This document shows positions 19,031 through 27,796 of a stretch of DNA of 64,000 nt, piece after piece. The notes beneath the pieces are model-generated. The model ran no database searches. It had not been told where the DNA came from and saw only the letters and a list, made by a program, of their open reading frames with translations. Position numbers and translations under genes: made by a program. The stretch's first letter is position 1. The number at the start of each line of letters is the position of its first letter. The stretch is from an uncultured Gemmatimonadales bacterium (GTDB lineage: Bacteria; Gemmatimonadota; Gemmatimonadetes; Longimicrobiales; Gaopeijiaceae). The DNA is taken from NCBI GenBank assembly GCA_963809895.1, contig CAWELD010000003.1, positions 1,440,001 to 1,504,000 on the forward strand, given 5' to 3'.

Positions 19031-20013
19031 GACTCCTCCGGCTCCTCGCCAGCCTCGGCGTAGGCCCGGATGATGTCCTTCACCAGCCGATGACGGATGA
19101 CGTCCATGGCGTCCAGGTAGATGATGGAAATGCCGTCGATCCCGGCCAGGATCCGCTCCACCTGCAACAGCCCCGAGTCGGCCTTGCGGGGCAGGTCGAT
19201 CTGGGTCTTGTCACCGGTGATCACCACCCGCGAGTTCAGACCCAGGCGGGTGAGGAACATCTTCATCTGCGCGGTGGTGGCGTTCTGCGCCTCGTCGAGG
19301 ATCACGAAGGCGTCGGACAGCGTGCGGCCACGCATGTACGCCAGCGGCGCGATCTCGATGGTGCGGTCCTCGAGCGCCCGGCGGACCCGGTCCGAGGGCA
19401 TCATGTCTTCCAGGGCATCGTACAGGGGCCGGAGGTACGGGTCCACCTTTTCCTGCAGATCGCCCGGCAGGAACCCCAGGTTCTCGCCGGCCTCCACGGC
19501 GGGCCGCGCCAGGATGATCCGCTTCACCCGCTTCTTGTAGAGGGCGTCCACCGCGGCGGCCACCGCCAGGTACGTCTTGCCGGTACCGGCAGGGCCGATG
19601 CCGATGACGATGTCGTTGGCCTGGATGGCGTCCAGATAGCGCCGCTGACCCTCGGACTTGGGCGAGATGACCTTGCGCGAGCCCGGGAGCGCGATGCGCA
19701 TCTCCTGACCCGGCGGCACCACGCCCTCCTGTCCGAGCGCGTCGAAGCTCTCGGCGAAGCGGGCGATGTCGTGGGTGTCGAAGGGCGCGCGCAGCCGCGA
19801 CAGCTCGATCAGGTGCTGCACCACCGGCACCGCGTGCTCCACGGCGTCCAGGACCCCGGAGAGGATCACCTGGTCTCCACGCAGGACGACACGGATGCCG
19901 AAGATCTGGTGGATCTCCTGAAGGTGGCGATCGTTCACTCCGGCCAGGAGGAGGTGATCGACTCCCTCGGCGTCCAGCCGGTGCTCGACGATGGTGGCGT
20001 CTCCGTTCGCCAT
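19027..20013 (-). CDS. phoH: PhoH family ATPase
   Basis: GPAGTGKT, RPAVEAGENLGFLPGD, RGRT, DEAQN, GDKTQIDL. Confidence 0.93.
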   Translation of the reverse strand: MANGDATIVEHRLDAEGVDHLLLAGVNDRHLQEIHQIFGIRVVLRGDQVILSGVLDAVEHAVPVVQHLIELSRLRAPFDTHDIARFAESFDALGQEGVVPPGQEMRIALPGSRKVISPKSEGQRRYLDAIQANDIVIGIGPAGTGKTYLAVAAAVDALYKKRVKRIILARPAVEAGENLGFLPGDLQEKVDPYLRPLYDALEDMMPSDRVRRALEDRTIEIAPLAYMRGRTLSDAFVILDEAQNATTAQMKMFLTRLGLNSRVVITGDKTQIDLPRKADSGLLQVERILAGIDGISIIYLDAMDVIRHRLVKDIIRAYAEAGEEPEES

Positions 20014-20073
20014 GACACTCCTGCCGGAAGAAGGAGCCGACGTCCTTCGTGGACGACGGCGCCGGGCGCCGGC

Positions 20074-21855
20074 CTACGCTCCGGACGGGTTCTTCAGTCG
20101 AAGGCCCAACTCGTCCACGTCGCGCGCGTCGACGGAGGTCGGGGCGCCCTCGAAGAGCGCCCGCGCCGCCGTGGTCTTCGGAAAGGCGATCACGTCCCTG
20201 AGGCTGGCAGCGCCGGCGAACCGCTGCACGATGCGGTCCATGCCCAGCGCGATCCCGGCGTGGGGAGGCGCCCCGGCCTCCAACGCCGACAGCAGGAATC
20301 CGAACTTGTGATCGATCTCCTCCTCACCGAGTCCGAGAATCCGGAAGATACGCCGTTGCAGGTCGGCGTGGTGGATTCTGAGGCTTCCCGAACCCAACTC
20401 CGACCCGTTGTACACCAGATCGTACGCGAGTCCCCGCGCGTCCAGCGGATGCTCCTCGAGCTCGTCCAGCCACTCGTCGTGGGGAAGCACGAACGGGTGG
20501 TGGTTCGGCCCCAGGTGGCCCTCGCTCTCCTCGAAGACCGGGAAGTCGGTGACCCAGAGCCACGCGTGCTCCCGCGCCATGGGCAACTCCAGGGCGCGGA
20601 TGACCGCAGCCCGGGTGGCGGACAGCGCCGGCGACGTGACCTCGTCGGGCCCGGCGGCCACCAGCGCCAGGTCACCCTCTTCCAGCGCCATGGCGTCGTA
20701 GTGCTCGTCCGCCAGGAAGCGCGCCAGCGGCCCGGAGCCGCCTTCGTCGGTGCGCTTCACCCACAGAAGCCCCGGCGCGCCGGCGGCCTTGGCCTCGGCC
20801 TCGACGCCCTCGATGTCCTTCCTGGACAGGCTCGCGCCACCGGGCAGCCGGAACCCACGGGCGCGGCCGCCCGCGTCCAGCGCACCGTCGATGACCCGGA
20901 ATCCCGTGCCCGAGAGCGCTCCGGACCAGTCCTGGATCTGGAGCTCCCACCGCAGATCGGGACGGTCCGAGCCGTAGCGATCCATGGCCTCGTCCCAGGT
21001 CATGCGCGGAAACGGCAGGGCCGCCTCGGCGCCGGCCACCTCGGCCAGGCGCTCCATGAGACCCTCCATCCATCCCAGGATGTCGTCCTGGGCCACGAAT
21101 GACGCCTCCACGTCGATCTGGGTGAACTCGGGCTGTCGATCCGCCCGGAGATCCTCGTCGCGAAAGCAGCGGGCGATCTGGAAGTAGCGGTCGAAGCCGG
21201 CGACCATGAGGATCTGCTTGTAGATCTGGGGGCTCTGGGGCAGCGCGTAGAACTCGCCGGGATGCACCCGACTGGGCACCAGGTAGTCGCGCGCACCCTC
21301 GGGCGTGGGCCTGGTCAGGATGGGCGTCTCCACCTCGGTGAAGCCGAGCTCGTCCAGGTAGTTGCGAGCCGCCAGGATCAGGCGGTGGCGGAGGACGAGC
21401 TTCTCCTGGAGCTCGGGCCGGCGCAGGTCCAGGACCCGGTGGCGGAGCCGCAGCTCTTCCGAAGGCAGCTCCTCGTCGGGAGCCCGGTAGACCGGGATCG
21501 CCGGGGTGCGCGCCGCGTTCAAGCGCTCGACCCGCACCGCCCTGAGCTCCACCTCGCCGGTGGGCATGTCGGGATTGGCGTCCGGACGCAGGACGATCTC
21601 GCCTTCCACCGCCACCACGTCTTCGTGGCCCAACGCGTCGGCCACCCGCCCCGACGCCTCGTCGGTCCAGTCGGGTCCCACCGAAACCTGCAGCAGGCCC
21701 GAGCGGTCGCGCAGATCCAGGAAGAGCAGCCCGCCCAGATCACGGCGCCGGTGCACCCAACCCATGACGCGCAGCGTGCGGCCCACGTCCTGGGCCGTCA
21801 CGATTCCCATGAGGCACGACCGCAGGGCGGTGTGCCCGGTGTTGTCTTCAGGCAT
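20074..21855 (-). CDS. aspS: Aspartate--tRNA ligase
   Basis: RRRDLGGLLFLDLRD, PEGARDYLVP, LPQSPQ, FRDEDLRADRQPEFTQ, PPHAGIALGMDR, VIAFPKT. Confidence 0.96.
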   Translation of the reverse strand: MPEDNTGHTALRSCLMGIVTAQDVGRTLRVMGWVHRRRDLGGLLFLDLRDRSGLLQVSVGPDWTDEASGRVADALGHEDVVAVEGEIVLRPDANPDMPTGEVELRAVRVERLNAARTPAIPVYRAPDEELPSEELRLRHRVLDLRRPELQEKLVLRHRLILAARNYLDELGFTEVETPILTRPTPEGARDYLVPSRVHPGEFYALPQSPQIYKQILMVAGFDRYFQIARCFRDEDLRADRQPEFTQIDVEASFVAQDDILGWMEGLMERLAEVAGAEAALPFPRMTWDEAMDRYGSDRPDLRWELQIQDWSGALSGTGFRVIDGALDAGGRARGFRLPGGASLSRKDIEGVEAEAKAAGAPGLLWVKRTDEGGSGPLARFLADEHYDAMALEEGDLALVAAGPDEVTSPALSATRAAVIRALELPMAREHAWLWVTDFPVFEESEGHLGPNHHPFVLPHDEWLDELEEHPLDARGLAYDLVYNGSELGSGSLRIHHADLQRRIFRILGLGEEEIDHKFGFLLSALEAGAPPHAGIALGMDRIVQRFAGAASLRDVIAFPKTTAARALFEGAPTSVDARDVDELGLRLKNPSGA

Positions 21856-22018
21856 ACGTCTCGTTCTTCAAGGATGTGGGGCATCGGCGAGGGCCGGATG
21901 CGCCGGAGGCTCCGGACGCCGTGGCGCCGGAGGAGAGGATCCACAAGGGATCCGGGAGAGGCTGGGCTGCCAGGCGTCTCGACGAGGCGCCACCTCCTGC
22001 GGGAGTATGGGTTTCGCT

Positions 22019-22047
22019 AACTTAATCGGGCGAATTTCCCCCTTCAA
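22019..22047 (-). promoter_or_regulatory. Putative sigma70 promoter of the aspS operon (TTGAAG-N17-TAAGTT)
   Basis: AT-rich island in the aspS/rlmN divergent spacer with exact 17-nt spacing. Confidence 0.55.
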
Positions 22048-22111
22048 GCGAACCGGCGGCTACCCCGGCGATCCCATCGGGCCGGGGCCCCCGGCGTTCC
22101 ATGGCAGGCGC

Positions 22112-23182
22112 ATGACCGATACCCCTCCCCTTCCGGACCTTCTGAGCCGCACGCCCGACGAGCTCCAGGCCGAGCTCCAGCGCTTCTTCGCAGAGCGCGG
22201 ACAGCCGGCGTATCGCGCACGCCAGGTGGCGCGCTGGCTCTACGAGACCGACGTCGCGGAGTTCCGGGAAATGACCGACCTGCCGGCCGACGAGCGCGAC
22301 GCGCTGGCGCAGGCGTGGCGCCTCGGCGAGCCCGAGGCCGAGACCGTCTCCGTGTCGTCGGATCGCACCGCCAAGCACCTCTGGCGGCTGCACGACGGCG
22401 AGCTGGTGGAGTCGGTCCTCATTCCCACCGACGACCGGCTCACGCTGTGCCTGTCCTCGCAGGCCGGCTGTGCCATGGGGTGCACCTTCTGCGCCACCGG
22501 CTGGAGCGGCTTCCGGCGTCATCTCAGCGCCGGTGAGATCGTCGGCCAGTACCGGGCGTCGCGGCGCTGGGCCGCCGAGCACGACTACGGGCCCGTCACC
22601 AACATCGTCTACATGGGCATGGGCGAGCCGCTGGCCAACCGCCAGGCGGTCCACCCCTCGCTCACCATCCTGAACCAGGGATTTCAGGTCGGCGCGCGCC
22701 GCATCACCGTGTCGACGGTCGGCGTCGTGCCCGGGATCCTGGAGCTCGCGCGACGGCCCGAGCAGTTCAAGCTCGCGCTGTCACTGCACTCGCCCGACGA
22801 GGCGCTCCGACGCGAGCTGATCCCCCTGGAGAAGCGCTGGCCGCTGCCCGAACTGGTGGAGGCGCTCCGGGAGTTCGACGCCCGGGGCGGACGCCGGATC
22901 ACCTTCGAGTACACGATGATCCGAGACGTGAATGACGCCACGGAACTCGCTCCGCGCCTTGCAGATATGGCATACGACCTGAAGGCGTTCGTGAACCTGA
23001 TCCCCTTCAATCCCATCCCGTGGCAGGACTGGGAGCCGAGCCCCCTGGAGCGCATCCAGGCCTTCGCCAGCGTCCTGGAGAATCGGGGTGTGGACGTGGC
23101 CGTGCGCGAGCCCCGGGGTCGGGACATCGACGCCGCCTGCGGACAGCTCCGGGCCAACGCGTTGGTGCAACTCGAGGGTTGA
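22112..23182 (+). CDS. rlmN: 23S rRNA (adenine2503-C2)-methyltransferase RlmN
   Basis: CLSSQAGCAMGCTFCATG radical-SAM motif, MGMGEP, STVG, SLHS, NLIPFN, DIDAACGQL. Start ATG 22112. Confidence 0.95.
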   Translation: MTDTPPLPDLLSRTPDELQAELQRFFAERGQPAYRARQVARWLYETDVAEFREMTDLPADERDALAQAWRLGEPEAETVSVSSDRTAKHLWRLHDGELVESVLIPTDDRLTLCLSSQAGCAMGCTFCATGWSGFRRHLSAGEIVGQYRASRRWAAEHDYGPVTNIVYMGMGEPLANRQAVHPSLTILNQGFQVGARRITVSTVGVVPGILELARRPEQFKLALSLHSPDEALRRELIPLEKRWPLPELVEALREFDARGGRRITFEYTMIRDVNDATELAPRLADMAYDLKAFVNLIPFNPIPWQDWEPSPLERIQAFASVLENRGVDVAVREPRGRDIDAACGQLRANALVQLEG

Positions 23183-23224
23183 GCGAGCCCGGGCGGTCGG
23201 GCGAATGCCCACCACCCGCAGCCC

Positions 23225-23989
23225 TCACCCCTCCGGTTGCGGCGGCCGGGTGTGGATGCCGTGGGCGAAGCGGCCCCAGCGGATCTCGGTGAGGAAGGGG
23301 AACGGCTCGTAGGACTCGCGGTCGTACGAGAAGTAGATGAACGACACCCGCCCTTCCAGCCGCCAGCCTTCCAGGAGTCCCCAGTAGCGCGAGTCCAGGC
23401 TCTGCTCCCGGTTGTCCCCCATCATGAAGTAGCGGTCCTCGGGGATCACCAGAGGGCCCCAGTCGTCGCGGGTCGGGTGGTAGCTGGCGGGATCGACCCC
23501 CGGCAGGAGGTACCCCTTCTGCCACTCCATCCAGGGATCGTACTGGTCCTCCAGCGCCGTGCGCTTCAGATACGGCTCCTCCTGGCGCACGCCGTCGATG
23601 TAGAGGTCGCCGTCCTTCATGGAGATGGTGTCGCCGGGCAGGCCGATGAGTCGCTTCACCAGGCGGAACTCGTCGGTGTGGGGCGGATCGAAGACCAGAA
23701 CGTCGCCCCGGTGGGGCTCGGAGTAGCCCGGGATGCGGATGTCCGTGAACGGGATCCGGCTGCCCATGGCCAGACGGTTCACCACAAGGAAGTCACCCAC
23801 CAGGAGCGTGTCCTCCATCGATCCCGAGGTGATGACGAAGGTCTGGACGACGAAGGATCGCAGGAGGAGGAAGAGGACCACCGCCACCAGCAGCGAACGG
23901 AGGGTCTCCTGCCAACCTCCCTTCTGGTCCTCGTCCTTCTTCTTGCGGGCCGCCCTGCGTCCTCCCTTGCCCCGCTTGTCACGGCTCAT
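23225..23989 (-). CDS. lepB: Signal peptidase I
   Basis: SGSMEDTL (catalytic Ser), VKRLIGLPGD (catalytic Lys), GDNREQSLDSRYWG. Confidence 0.94.
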   Translation of the reverse strand: MSRDKRGKGGRRAARKKKDEDQKGGWQETLRSLLVAVVLFLLLRSFVVQTFVITSGSMEDTLLVGDFLVVNRLAMGSRIPFTDIRIPGYSEPHRGDVLVFDPPHTDEFRLVKRLIGLPGDTISMKDGDLYIDGVRQEEPYLKRTALEDQYDPWMEWQKGYLLPGVDPASYHPTRDDWGPLVIPEDRYFMMGDNREQSLDSRYWGLLEGWRLEGRVSFIYFSYDRESYEPFPFLTEIRWGRFAHGIHTRPPQPEG

Positions 23990-24543
23990 TCGCCACCCTC
24001 TTCGTCACCAGGATCGACCATCCGCGCCCCTTCCCCACCCCCGTCCGGCGTACCGGGCCGCTTCTGGAACAAGCGGCGGGGATCCCACCAGGGTAGCGTG
24101 TCGCGCGCGTTCTCCACGGCATCCGGGCCTTCGGGCGCCCACTCCTGCCCCAACACTACGGTCACGTCGAGGTAGAGGTTCGAGTCGGGCCGGGTCTGCA
24201 CCTGCCGGATGCCCAGCGCATCGGCTACCGCCCGCGCCCACTCCAGGTTCCCGGACCGGTCGAGCACCAGCGAGGAGTCCACGTCGAAATCGTCGGCGTT
24301 GCCGTAGTAGACGACGTCGAAGCCCTGATCCCGGAGCCGGTCGGTGGCCGAGCGGGCCATGTTGGCCTTCCCGCCGCCGTTCAGCACCTCGACCCGGACG
24401 CGTTCCCCCACCTGCGGCGCGCGGCCCGGGGCCGCGGGCACCCCGCCGTCGCCGGCGAAGAACTGGCCCAGAGAGGACCCGAGATAGGCACCGACGCCCA
24501 GCACCACGGCCACCAGGACTACAGTTCGGATGCGCGCGCCCAC
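23986..24543 (-). CDS. LytR C-terminal domain-containing membrane protein
   Basis: N-terminal transmembrane segment, then VRVEVLNGGG...LRDQGFDVVYYGNA...DVTVVLG. Start GTG 24543. Confidence 0.82.
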   Translation of the reverse strand: MGARIRTVVLVAVVLGVGAYLGSSLGQFFAGDGGVPAAPGRAPQVGERVRVEVLNGGGKANMARSATDRLRDQGFDVVYYGNADDFDVDSSLVLDRSGNLEWARAVADALGIRQVQTRPDSNLYLDVTVVLGQEWAPEGPDAVENARDTLPWWDPRRLFQKRPGTPDGGGEGARMVDPGDEEGGE

Positions 24544-25154
24544 GGGGCTCCCTCCGCCATGGCGTTCCAGAAGTCCAGCGTCTCGCGCCGGGCCGGCCGG
24601 CGCTGTTCCAGCAGGTGCATGAGCCGGGCTCGGACGATCTCCGCCACCACCGGCTCGAGGTCGTCCGGCATGCGCTCCCTCAGCTCGCTCCGCCAGTCGT
24701 CGCGGAGCTCCCGGCCGGGCTCGAGGAAGTCGGCGGCGTACAGGGCCCGCCCCGCGCGGTCCAGCGACGGATGGCCCAACGTATGGTACGCCAGTGCGCG
24801 GAGCAGGTCGTCGTCGGCCACACCCTCCCGGCGCAAGCGCTCGGCCACCGCCGGACCGTGCAGCACCGGATCCGGGAGGTCCCGCAGCTCCGGGGGCACC
24901 AGTGCCCGTAGCGCCTCGGGGTCCTCTTCCTTGAGGGCGTCGTGCAGATGGCCCAGCGCGGCCCAGCGGGTGCGTTCCCGCTCGGGAAGCCCGGCCTCGC
25001 GTGCCCACTCGTCCAACAGCGCCGCCACCCGATCCATGTGGGCGCGACGCTTCGGGTTGGCGCGAGCCCAGTTCGGAAGCTCGCCGCGCGCGGCCGCCTC
25101 GACGAGAGGGTGCAGCGCCTCGGTGGAAGGGGAAGCGCCACCATCGGTGGACAC
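24519..25154 (-). CDS. HD-domain protein, YqeK-like (symmetrical Ap4A hydrolase family)
   Basis: RRAH...LHDALK...LHG...AYHTLG...LYAADFLEPGR pattern of YqeK. Confidence 0.78.
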   Translation of the reverse strand: MSTDGGASPSTEALHPLVEAAARGELPNWARANPKRRAHMDRVAALLDEWAREAGLPERERTRWAALGHLHDALKEEDPEALRALVPPELRDLPDPVLHGPAVAERLRREGVADDDLLRALAYHTLGHPSLDRAGRALYAADFLEPGRELRDDWRSELRERMPDDLEPVVAEIVRARLMHLLEQRRPARRETLDFWNAMAEGAPWARASEL

Positions 25155-25196
25155 GAGCGACCTCGGTGAATGGACCAGGCGGGTGAGGGACGACGC

Positions 25197-25225
25197 AAGC
25201 TAGACGTGGCCCCGGAGAGTGTCAA
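25197..25225 (-). promoter_or_regulatory. Sigma70 promoter of the yqeK-lytR_C-lepB unit (TTGACA-N17-TAGCTT)
   Basis: Perfect -35 TTGACA at 25225-25220, 17-nt spacer, TAGCTT at 25202-25197. Confidence 0.65.
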
Positions 25226-25267
25226 AATTCACGCACGCTCCAATCCGCGAATCCAACCCGAGGCCCC

Positions 25268-26920
25268 GTGCTCTGGGATTCACCGCTGGTCGCCAGCACC
25301 GCATCCGCCCTCCACCAGCATCTGCGGGGCGCCCGCCTGCGGGCAGTGCACCTGGAATACGAGGCTCGCCGCCTGCGCCTCCATTTCCGCGAGCACACCC
25401 TGCTCTTCCTCCTTCACCCGGACCACGGGGGGATGATCCTGGCCGACGCCGCCGAGCCCCCGGATCAGGCCCGCCGGCTGGCCTCACAGGTGGTGGCGGT
25501 GGAGGCGCCTCCCGACGACCGGGTGCTGGTGGTCCGTCTGCGACGGGTCCGGGGATCGCCGGCCGAGGCCGCGGTGGTCGTGGAGCTCATGACCAACCAG
25601 TGGAACGCCGCGGTCACCGAGGGCCCGGACCGAACCATCCGGCACCTGCTGCGGCCTCGTGAGGGCGAACGGGCCCTCCGGGTCGGGTCACCCTATCAGC
25701 CGCCCCCGGCGTCGGACCGCGAGGGGATCGATGCCGAGGTGACGCTGGAGCGCTGGCTCGCCGTGCTCGGCGACGCGGATCCCCGGCGCCGGCGGGGGAC
25801 GCTCCTCTCCACCTTCGCCTGGACCTCGTCCCTCAACGCGCGGGAGCTCCTCGGAGCGGCGGCCAGCGCCCAGGCCGGCCCCGAGGGCAGCCGGGCCGCG
25901 CTGGAGGCCGGCTGGAGCCTGTGGCGACGGATCCGCGCCGTGGCGCGGGGCGAGGAAGCCGCCTCTCCCGTCCTGCTCGACGGACCGGACGGCCTCCAGC
26001 CGTATCCCCTGCCCCTGCCGGGCACCCCCGGTTCGGCCGCCGACACCCTCACGGAAGCCCTCACCCGCGCGGCCGACGTCACCACCGCCGCCGCCGCGCT
26101 GCCGACCGAGCTGGTGGAGGCGCTGCGCGGGCAGGTGGAGCGGGCCCGGGGGCGGGTGGCGTCGCTGGAGGAGGAACTGGCGAACCTGTCCGATCCCGCG
26201 GAGCTGCGGGCAGTGGGCGACCTCATCCTGGCACGTTTCCAGGAGGTGCCCACCGGGGCGGAGCGCGTGACGCTTCGGGACTTCGAGGGTGAGGAGGTGG
26301 AGGTGGAGCTGGACCCGTCCCGGCCGCCTGACGCCAACGCCCGCGGGTATTACGATCGCGCCGCCAGGGCCGAGCGAGCGGCGGAGCGGCTGCCGAAGCT
26401 CGCCGCCGAAGCGCGCGCCGCGTGGGAGACGCTCGCCGAGTTGCTGGAGCGCGCCCGGGAGGGCGACGTGGAGGCGGCGGACATCCGGGCGGTGCTGCCC
26501 GAGGAGCGCCCCTCCGCATCGCGCAGCGAAGCCCCTTCGCTGCCGTACCGGCGCTTCCGCTCCAGCGGCGGTCTGGAGATCCGGGTGGGTCGGGGCGCCC
26601 GGCAGAACGACGATCTGACCTTTCACCATTCGGCGCCCGACGACGTGTGGATGCACGCGCGCCACGCCGCGGGAGCCCACGTCATCCTGCGCTGGAACGG
26701 CGAGGGCAATCCCCCGGCCCGGGACCTGGCCGAGGCCGCGGTGCTGGCCGCCGTCCACTCCCGGGCCCGCACGTCGGGCACCGCCCCCGTGGACTGGACG
26801 CGCCGAAAGTACGTGCGCAAGCCCAGGAAGGCGCCCCCCGGGCGCGTGGCCATCGAGCGGGTGCAGACCCTGTTCGTGGAGCCCGACGAGACGCTGGTGG
26901 AGCGACTGCGCGACGAGTGA
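25268..26920 (+). CDS. NFACT-family protein (RqcH/FbpA-like ribosome quality control factor)
   Basis: NFACT-N (DDRVL, VELMTNQWN), coiled coil, NFACT-R (VGRGARQNDDLT, WMHA...GAHVIL, VDWTRRKYVRKP). Confidence 0.85.
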   Translation: MLWDSPLVASTASALHQHLRGARLRAVHLEYEARRLRLHFREHTLLFLLHPDHGGMILADAAEPPDQARRLASQVVAVEAPPDDRVLVVRLRRVRGSPAEAAVVVELMTNQWNAAVTEGPDRTIRHLLRPREGERALRVGSPYQPPPASDREGIDAEVTLERWLAVLGDADPRRRRGTLLSTFAWTSSLNARELLGAAASAQAGPEGSRAALEAGWSLWRRIRAVARGEEAASPVLLDGPDGLQPYPLPLPGTPGSAADTLTEALTRAADVTTAAAALPTELVEALRGQVERARGRVASLEEELANLSDPAELRAVGDLILARFQEVPTGAERVTLRDFEGEEVEVELDPSRPPDANARGYYDRAARAERAAERLPKLAAEARAAWETLAELLERAREGDVEAADIRAVLPEERPSASRSEAPSLPYRRFRSSGGLEIRVGRGARQNDDLTFHHSAPDDVWMHARHAAGAHVILRWNGEGNPPARDLAEAAVLAAVHSRARTSGTAPVDWTRRKYVRKPRKAPPGRVAIERVQTLFVEPDETLVERLRDE

Positions 26921-26944
26921 GCCGGCGCGGGCGTCGGAGCTGGC

Positions 26945-27751
26945 TCAGTCCTCGACGGTGGCGGCGTCCATCCCCTGTCTCAGGGCCGCGGCGAAACGCC
27001 CCGCTCCCTCCACACCGTCGCGCTCCAGCGCCTGGACCAGGGCGCTTCCCACCACCACGCCCTGGGCCACGCGGGCCACCGCTCCGGCCTGCTCGGGGGT
27101 GCTGATGCCGAATCCCACGGCCACCGGCAGATCCACCGCCGCGCGCAGGCGCTCCACCTCACCCGCCAGCTCGTCGCGGAGGCGCGCTCGGGCGCCGGTG
27201 ACACCGGCGCGGGAGATGTAGTACAGGAAGCCCGATGCCCCGCGCGCGACCTCGATCACCCGCTCGGGGCGGGTCGTGGGCGCCAGCAGGCGGATCAGAT
27301 CCAGGCCGGCGTCGCTCGCGGCGGCTTCCAGCGACGGATCGGCACCGGCGGGCAGATCCGTGAGCAGAAGACCGTCGGCGCCGGCGGCCGCGGCGTCACG
27401 GCAGAAGTCCTGGGCGCCGTAGCGCACCACGGGATTCAGGTAGGTGAACAGGACCACCGGCGTGTCCCGTAGCTCACGGAAGGCCCGCACCACGTCCAGC
27501 ACGCCACCCACGGTCATGCCGTTCTGGAGCGCCCGGAAGGACGACGCCTGGATGGTGGGACCGTCGGCCATGGGATCGCTGAAGGGAATCCCCAGCTCGA
27601 TGACGTCGGCGCCGGCATCGGCCAGCGCCACCAGAACCGGAACCGTGGAGTCCAGCTCCGGGAAGCCGGCGGTGACGTAGGGGACCAGCGCGGCCTGGCC
27701 GCGGGCGGCCCGCTCGGCGAAGCGCCGGCGAATACGGGAGTCGTGGGGCAT
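26945..27751 (-). CDS. trpA: Tryptophan synthase alpha chain
   Basis: YVTAGFP, IELGIPFSDPMADGPTIQ, SRAGVTG, VGFGIS, VVGSA. Confidence 0.96.
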   Translation of the reverse strand: MPHDSRIRRRFAERAARGQAALVPYVTAGFPELDSTVPVLVALADAGADVIELGIPFSDPMADGPTIQASSFRALQNGMTVGGVLDVVRAFRELRDTPVVLFTYLNPVVRYGAQDFCRDAAAAGADGLLLTDLPAGADPSLEAAASDAGLDLIRLLAPTTRPERVIEVARGASGFLYYISRAGVTGARARLRDELAGEVERLRAAVDLPVAVGFGISTPEQAGAVARVAQGVVVGSALVQALERDGVEGAGRFAAALRQGMDAATVED

Positions 27752-27796
27752 GGCTCGACAGTGCCGCCGCCCGGGCAGAGGGCCGGGCTCGGCGGT

